Part shown: positions 59,327 to 64,000 of the stretch, one piece after another
How the letters are laid out: each line of letters begins with the position of its first letter
Position numbering within the stretch: the first letter of the stretch is position 1
Assembly: GCA_963727625.1 (NCBI GenBank)
Contig: CAVSHR010000005.1
Span: 896,001 to 960,000 of the forward strand
Direction: 5' to 3'
Length of the DNA stretch: 64,000 nt
Source of the DNA: an uncultured delta proteobacterium
Lineage (GTDB): Bacteria; Desulfobacterota; Binatia; UBA9968
Notes under the pieces: generated by a model
Told to the model about the DNA's origin: nothing
The model's input: the letters and a program-made list of their open reading frames with translations, nothing else
The model's database searches: none
Program-made: the position numbers and the translations under genes

Positions 59327-60148
59327 TCAGTGTTCTAATCGCTTGAGGCGCCGGCTCGCTGTCGCATAATGTATTCCCAGGTGAGACGCGATCTCATGGA
59401 GCCGATAGCCGTGCTCTTTATAGGCCTCGACGATGCCTTTATTGTTCTTTCGGTTCAGGACCTTCTCCAGCTTGGGCCGGGCCGCTCTCACTTGCGCGCG
59501 AGGAATTTCTTTGAGCTTTTGTGTCCTCGGCGAGTGTCTCTCGATGAACGCCTCGCTTCCGAGATAAATCTGCCCCTTTAGCTTGTCCCAAGGACGGTTC
59601 TCCGATCCTTCCCGTACGAATTCCCGATACCGTTTCTGGGCCACCCGCCGGTTCTTTCCAAACTGCCCAAGCGTCCAATCGGTAGTCAAAAAATCCAGCG
59701 CCGATGCTAAACCGGCGGTAGACCGGTAACTGCTCCATTTCCAACTGCCCATAGCCGCTTTGCCTTTGACTCTGATGGGGTTGAGCACGATGTAGCGGCA
59801 AAGCTCCAAGAGATAGGATTCCTTTTCCACTAGGATCACTTTAAAACGTCCTTGGAATAAATGGCCGACCCGCTTGTGCAAGCGATTGAACGACTGGGTG
59901 TAAACTCCGTTGAGCTGGCGCATCCCGAGACTTAAGTTTGCCTTGGGCGTTTCCACCAGGAGATGATAGTGATTCGCCATCAAACAGTAGGCGTGACAGA
60001 TCCAGCCGTAACGGGAAACAACTCCGGCCAAAGTATCCAAGAATAGCTCGCGGTCGGCATCCGTAAAAAAGATCTTTTGCCGGGCGTTGCCTCGGCCGGT
60101 CAGATGGTAAATCGCGCCGGGAAACTCCAGCCGAAGGGGACGGGCCAT
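59327..60148 (-). CDS. REP-associated tyrosine transposase (RAYT) with C-terminal HTH
   Basis: MARPLR, YHLTGRGN, AYCLMANHYHL, GHLFQGRFK, YIVLNP, WSSY; paralogue of 35424-36275. Confidence 0.92.
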   Translation of the reverse strand: MARPLRLEFPGAIYHLTGRGNARQKIFFTDADRELFLDTLAGVVSRYGWICHAYCLMANHYHLLVETPKANLSLGMRQLNGVYTQSFNRLHKRVGHLFQGRFKVILVEKESYLLELCRYIVLNPIRVKGKAAMGSWKWSSYRSTAGLASALDFLTTDWTLGQFGKNRRVAQKRYREFVREGSENRPWDKLKGQIYLGSEAFIERHSPRTQKLKEIPRAQVRAARPKLEKVLNRKNNKGIVEAYKEHGYRLHEIASHLGIHYATASRRLKRLEH

Positions 60149-60180
60149 GACCGACTTAAATCAAAGCTGCTGTCGTATTG

Positions 60181-60320
60181 CGATTCTGCTGAAAAAGTCC
60201 GATTCCAAAAATTAGAAAAAATATTTCGCTCACGGTTGCTCTATAACGCACGATCGGATCTTGGTTAATGATTTTCTTCATCCCGAATTTTCGTGAATGG
60301 GGGGTTTTTCAGCAGAATCG
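60181..60320. mobile_element. 140-bp MITE with 16-bp TIRs and a 5-bp target duplication
   Basis: CGATTCTGCTGAAAAA ... TTTTTCAGCAGAATCG flanked by TATTG at 60176-60180 and 60321-60325. Confidence 0.8.
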
Positions 60321-60367
60321 TATTGCAAGACCTGAACATCCCGCTGGAAATTTCAAGCAGGGTCCGA

Positions 60368-61681
60368 TTACGCGCTCTGTTGGTAAAATTTGTTATTTTT
60401 TCCTTTGACTGAAATTTTTGGCTTCCGTATTTGCGTTTTAATCAACGATCCCGGACTGACCTTGCTCTTGGTATTACCCTTTTCGGGGCGCATCTCATAC
60501 TCGCGCTCCTCGGTGAGCAGCTTGTAAATGATTCGACAGAGGTGGCGTCCCAGAGCTCGAATCGCCTGGTTGTGTTTTTTTCCCTCGCTTCGTTTCTTCT
60601 CGTAGTACCTCTGTGACTGTGGCACATACCTTCGATGACGATCGAGCGCTACCATCATCGCCGCTTTAGCTCGCGTGTTGACGTGCTTGGGTGGCCTGGA
60701 TCCTTGATACTTCCCCGAACTGTTGTCCAGAGTGGACATCCCTAGATACAGCGCCAAACTTCCTTCCTTTGAGAAGCGCTCGACGGTGCCGATCTCTCCG
60801 GCTAGCTCAGCAGTGCAGATCGTTCCGAATCCTGGAATGGACAATAAAATCTTAGCCATCTTGGAATCCTTGGCGACTTCTTTAATCTTAGCCCTCAACG
60901 CTTTGATCTTCTCGTCAAGTTCAAGACACCGTTGCGCGTCTTCCTGGATCATTTCGCTGACCCAATCAACCTCTTCGCTGAAATAGGCTCGCTTCTGCCA
61001 GTCCTCGGCGAGCCTCGCATACTTTCTACCCACAGCGGGGATCTTCAGTAAGGTCGACGGTCGCAGCCGAGCGAGTTGGGGAAGGGTTGGCGCACTGAGC
61101 AGAAAGTTCAAAAACCACTGGTTGCCGGCGTTCTTGGTGATTTCCAACAGTCCGGGGCAAACCGCTTGCAGATCGGTTTGCAGATTACTGATCACACGGA
61201 CCCGTTCGTCGACTAGCCTGCGTCGGCGCCGGGTGAGCCGCTTGAGAACCTCGTTTGCCTGGGGCGTTCCCTTGACTGCCTGCAACACTTCCTTGGCCAA
61301 CGGCAGATGATCGCTTAGCTGAAACAGCTCCAATCCCTTGCGCGCATCGATCCGATCGCTCTTGGCCGCTCCAGGAAAGATCTCCTTAAATCGCGCCAAC
61401 TTTAAATTGTTGATGTTATACAGCCGGTAGCCGCGCCGACGAACCATCGCATCCAACGGCCGGGCGCAACCATTGTACCCCTCCATCGCTACCGCGACTT
61501 CGCAGTCTCTGACCTTTTGATGTTTCTCTATGCGAGAAAAAAACTCCGCAAACCCTTCGGACCGGTGCGCTATCTCAAATTCTTCCAACACCTCCCCGCT
61601 CGGTAGCCCGATCGCCACGCTGTGGCACCGATACCCTACATCCACACTGACCCGAAGCTCTACTGATCTTTTGTCTGACAC
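60368..61681 (-). CDS. IS110-family DEDD recombinase/transposase
   Basis: VSVDVG, AMEG, KSDRIDA, SIPGFG, YLG...NSSG; RBS AAGGAGG before GTG. Confidence 0.93.
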   Translation of the reverse strand: MSDKRSVELRVSVDVGYRCHSVAIGLPSGEVLEEFEIAHRSEGFAEFFSRIEKHQKVRDCEVAVAMEGYNGCARPLDAMVRRRGYRLYNINNLKLARFKEIFPGAAKSDRIDARKGLELFQLSDHLPLAKEVLQAVKGTPQANEVLKRLTRRRRRLVDERVRVISNLQTDLQAVCPGLLEITKNAGNQWFLNFLLSAPTLPQLARLRPSTLLKIPAVGRKYARLAEDWQKRAYFSEEVDWVSEMIQEDAQRCLELDEKIKALRAKIKEVAKDSKMAKILLSIPGFGTICTAELAGEIGTVERFSKEGSLALYLGMSTLDNSSGKYQGSRPPKHVNTRAKAAMMVALDRHRRYVPQSQRYYEKKRSEGKKHNQAIRALGRHLCRIIYKLLTEEREYEMRPEKGNTKSKVSPGSLIKTQIRKPKISVKGKNNKFYQQSA

Positions 61682-61714
61682 GTAGCCCTCCTTCTGCAGA
61701 TCAAGATCGATTCA

Positions 61715-61880
61715 TCATCCTTCGGTCTCGTCTACTTACAGAGCCACGTATTCGGTGAGAATATGGCACCATCCCGGTCGACCCCTCAGATGATGCAGGT
61801 GACGAGGGCGGCATTTCAAGCCGTTGCGAACCTGAATGAACAGGCCACTGACCCCAAGAGCCACACCCTCGTCAAAATCT
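61715..61880 (-). ncRNA. Putative IS110 bridge RNA
   Basis: TGACGAGGG/CCCTCGTCA stem enclosing guides that match the target (TTGGGGTCAG; GGCTTGA); second loop matches the donor junction (CGGGATG; GTAGA). Confidence 0.7.
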
Positions 61881-62005
61881 CTTTACAGGATTCTTTTAAA
61901 TCCTGCTACCTGCTAAATTCCTATGGTAGACCCCAACATCTGACCCCAAATAACCAAAGCCTGACACCGGGTCCCCCATTGTTTGCGCAAAAACTCTGCG
62001 TCCTG

Positions 62006-62434
62006 CTACCTGCTTATTCCGATGGTAGACCCCTTAAATCTTGTTCGGTATGTCCATAAAAATTTTCCAGTGCCAGCAAATACGAGACCGATGCCGACGC
62101 AGGAAAAAAAGTAACCACTTAAAAGTCTACTAGCATAAAAGTCACTGAACCCCACCTTCAGTAAAATCGGGATACCCATAGATAACATGCAAACTGTCAA
62201 CAACGAGTAATAATCAATAAACCTGTCGATATACTTGGCTAAGAAATTCGACGGATTAGGATTCTTGTGGAGAAGGAAAATCCCCGTCAATACGCCTCCA
62301 ACAAAGCCAAAAGCAATGATGATGTACACCGTTAAATGCGGAAGTGAGTCAACGTCAAATGGGTTTCGTATAACATTAGAACCCACAGTCAGCCCTATAA
62401 TTAATCCCAATACAATTCCATTTACGTATTTCAT
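62006..62434 (-). CDS. Multi-TM membrane protein, candidate orphan immunity protein
   Basis: Low GC, about 4 hydrophobic segments, downstream of the RHS gene. Confidence 0.65.
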   Translation of the reverse strand: MKYVNGIVLGLIIGLTVGSNVIRNPFDVDSLPHLTVYIIIAFGFVGGVLTGIFLLHKNPNPSNFLAKYIDRFIDYYSLLTVCMLSMGIPILLKVGFSDFYASRLLSGYFFSCVGIGLVFAGTGKFLWTYRTRFKGSTIGISR

Positions 62435-62615
62435 TGTCCGCTTGAAAATTTACACCTGAAAGATGCCGTCAAAAACAACGCCTGTAGGTGTAAGAGTTTG
62501 AACGTCCGTTCTTTGTGTAATTTGGACTTTCGTTTCCAAGGGCTACTTCCCATTTGATAAATAATACGAAAAGTTGTGCGAGCAACTAACAGCTGTACCG
62601 CTTTCACAGGTCCAC

Positions 62616-62882
62616 CTAATGGGGAGCAATCCTTAGTGCTATTTCACGAAATACGAAAAAAGACAGTACCAGAACGCCTAAAGTTATCCACGAGACATTC
62701 CGCCAAAAGATTCCTCGTTCAGTCAGATACCTTCTCCCAAAATATTGAATCGCCAGTGGATTGCCGAAGATGGCGGCATCAAATAGTTTGACGCCGGGCT
62801 TTCGATTCATGAGCATGGCCACTTGTGCAACCACGAATAGTATAAAACCGCAAAATCCGAAGAGAGATAAAATCAATCCCAT
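62616..62882 (-). CDS. Small 2-TM membrane protein, candidate cognate RHS immunity protein
   Basis: Starts 16 bp after the RHS stop; low GC; hydrophobic. Confidence 0.65.
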   Translation of the reverse strand: MGLILSLFGFCGFILFVVAQVAMLMNRKPGVKLFDAAIFGNPLAIQYFGRRYLTERGIFWRNVSWITLGVLVLSFFVFREIALRIAPH

Positions 62883-62898
62883 AAGCAACCCCGATGTA

Positions 62899-64000
62899 TC
62901 AACAGCGACATTTTTCCTTGGGGGGTGGTGTGCAATTAACCGTACAATAAACTTCGGTATTGCTTTCAGTCCCCGAAGCACCAGGGGGAAATAAAGGCAG
63001 TCCAACGCCTAACGTAAAACCTTGTACCTTCCCCCCAACCGTAATTATAGTTAGGGAAGCACCCATCGATAAATTCCAATTCACACTCTTCCCGGCTAAA
63101 TCTCCCCATACGATTCCTCCAAAAACATCAATACCCACATTTAAGCCACCGACTTGCGTCTCGTTATCACAGCCGGGTGGAACCGGATGTCCCGCCCCGG
63201 ATTCAAAGTGACCGAACTCCCCGGTTGCAGGATCGACGTACCAACCCATGCTACGTTCGCCACCTCTATTGCCTACGACTCCACTATAACCGAAGCCAAA
63301 GGGTATTACCTTAAACAAACCCACAGGGTCAGTGTAAGTTAATGGATTATTGGTAACATAGGAATAAAAATTAACGTCTCCACCGTAATATGTCACCGGA
63401 TCTTCACTGATAAATCTCTGAAGTTCCGGGTGATAATACCTCGCCCGGTAGTAAAATAGTCCCGTCCCGTCGTTCTCTCTTCCGGTGTACTGGTACGAAC
63501 TGCTGTTAGAATTCCCTGTGAACGTCGCTTTCCCAAACGGCTCGTAGGTGTATTCGGTCTGCACGACACCCGAGTTATCTGTTACTGCGACAGGAGAGCC
63601 GAGAGCGTCGGTCAGAAAATTGCCCGTCACGCCCGCGACAACGTCCGTTCGGGTTAGAAACTCGTCGATGGCAAGGCCGGGCAAAATATTGGCGAGGATC
63701 GTCGCGCCGGACGTTTCCTGCACCAGATTCAGTCTGTCGTAAAGGAACTCTGTCAGATTCCCGTTGATCGTCTTGCTCTCCCTTTTCCCCAATCCATCGT
63801 AAACAAAACTCGCGCTCACTCCCGGCCCGCTGATGCCGATAAGCTGATTCCTCGCGTTCCACGTGTAGGTCGTCGTCCCGCCGGCGTCAGTGATCGTCTG
63901 AAGGTTACCGTTGTTGTCGTATGTGAGAGTCTTTTCGGCAAACGTCGTCTGATTATTGGCAGCGTTGTACGCGGTAGTGTTGACAGCCTGCGGTATTCCG
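62899..64000 (-). CDS. RHS repeat protein, C-terminal part (5' end beyond the window)
   Basis: YD repeats, YEPFG, YTGREND.TGL.YYRARYY.P...RF.SEDP, NPL...DPVGL cleavage motif, then a Gly-rich variable C-terminus; frame open to the window edge. Confidence 0.93.
   Translation of the reverse strand, partial: GIPQAVNTTAYNAANNQTTFAEKTLTYDNNGNLQTITDAGGTTTYTWNARNQLIGISGPGVSASFVYDGLGKRESKTINGNLTEFLYDRLNLVQETSGATILANILPGLAIDEFLTRTDVVAGVTGNFLTDALGSPVAVTDNSGVVQTEYTYEPFGKATFTGNSNSSSYQYTGRENDGTGLFYYRARYYHPELQRFISEDPVTYYGGDVNFYSYVTNNPLTYTDPVGLFKVIPFGFGYSGVVGNRGGERSMGWYVDPATGEFGHFESGAGHPVPPGCDNETQVGGLNVGIDVFGGIVWGDLAGKSVNWNLSMGASLTIITVGGKVQGFTLGVGLPLFPPGASGTESNTEVYCTVNCTPPPKEKCRC

Larger units (their letters stand above)
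60336..61930 (-). mobile_element. IS110-family insertion sequence inserted at a GA/TC core within a RAYT-associated motif
   Basis: Flanks rejoin as gcaagacctGAccccaa; no TIRs; long 5' non-coding end. Confidence 0.85.

Overview
GC-rich bacterial genomic window. The gene style (many paralogous Fe3+/thiamine-type solute-binding proteins, UbiD, Rieske oxygenases, amidohydrolases, short intergenic tandem repeats) resembles Ca. Binatia/Deltaproteobacteria-like soil organisms; this is an inference. Layout: (1) 0.3-10.8 kb aromatic-acid catabolic cluster (2 UbiD, 2 SBP, 2 Rieske oxygenases, dihydrodiol dehydrogenase, cupin); (2) VapBC, a CoxMSL-like molybdo-flavoenzyme, DUF4160/DUF2442, enolase-superfamily enzyme and a frameshifted amidohydrolase; (3) a 19.1-28.5 kb accessory island built around RAYT-associated REP-like motifs, holding a truncated group II intron, a PHP+ABC-ATPase/AlbA_2 gene pair, an orphan ORF and a tRNA-Leu-like RNA whose anticodon arm is replaced by a ~21-bp hairpin; (4) decayed HigBA with a 300-bp duplication, metabolic and ABC genes, tandem rpoZ paralogues, zwf, GH13, and a nitrosocyanin-like cupredoxin next to a diheme cytochrome c; (5) a RAYT whose upstream region was hit by a 140-bp MITE and by an IS110 with a readable bridge RNA, followed by an RHS toxin C-terminus and candidate immunity genes. 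The most novel item is the long-anticodon-arm tRNA-like RNA and its defence-like neighbourhood. All calls come from reading the sequence by eye; no database searches were run.
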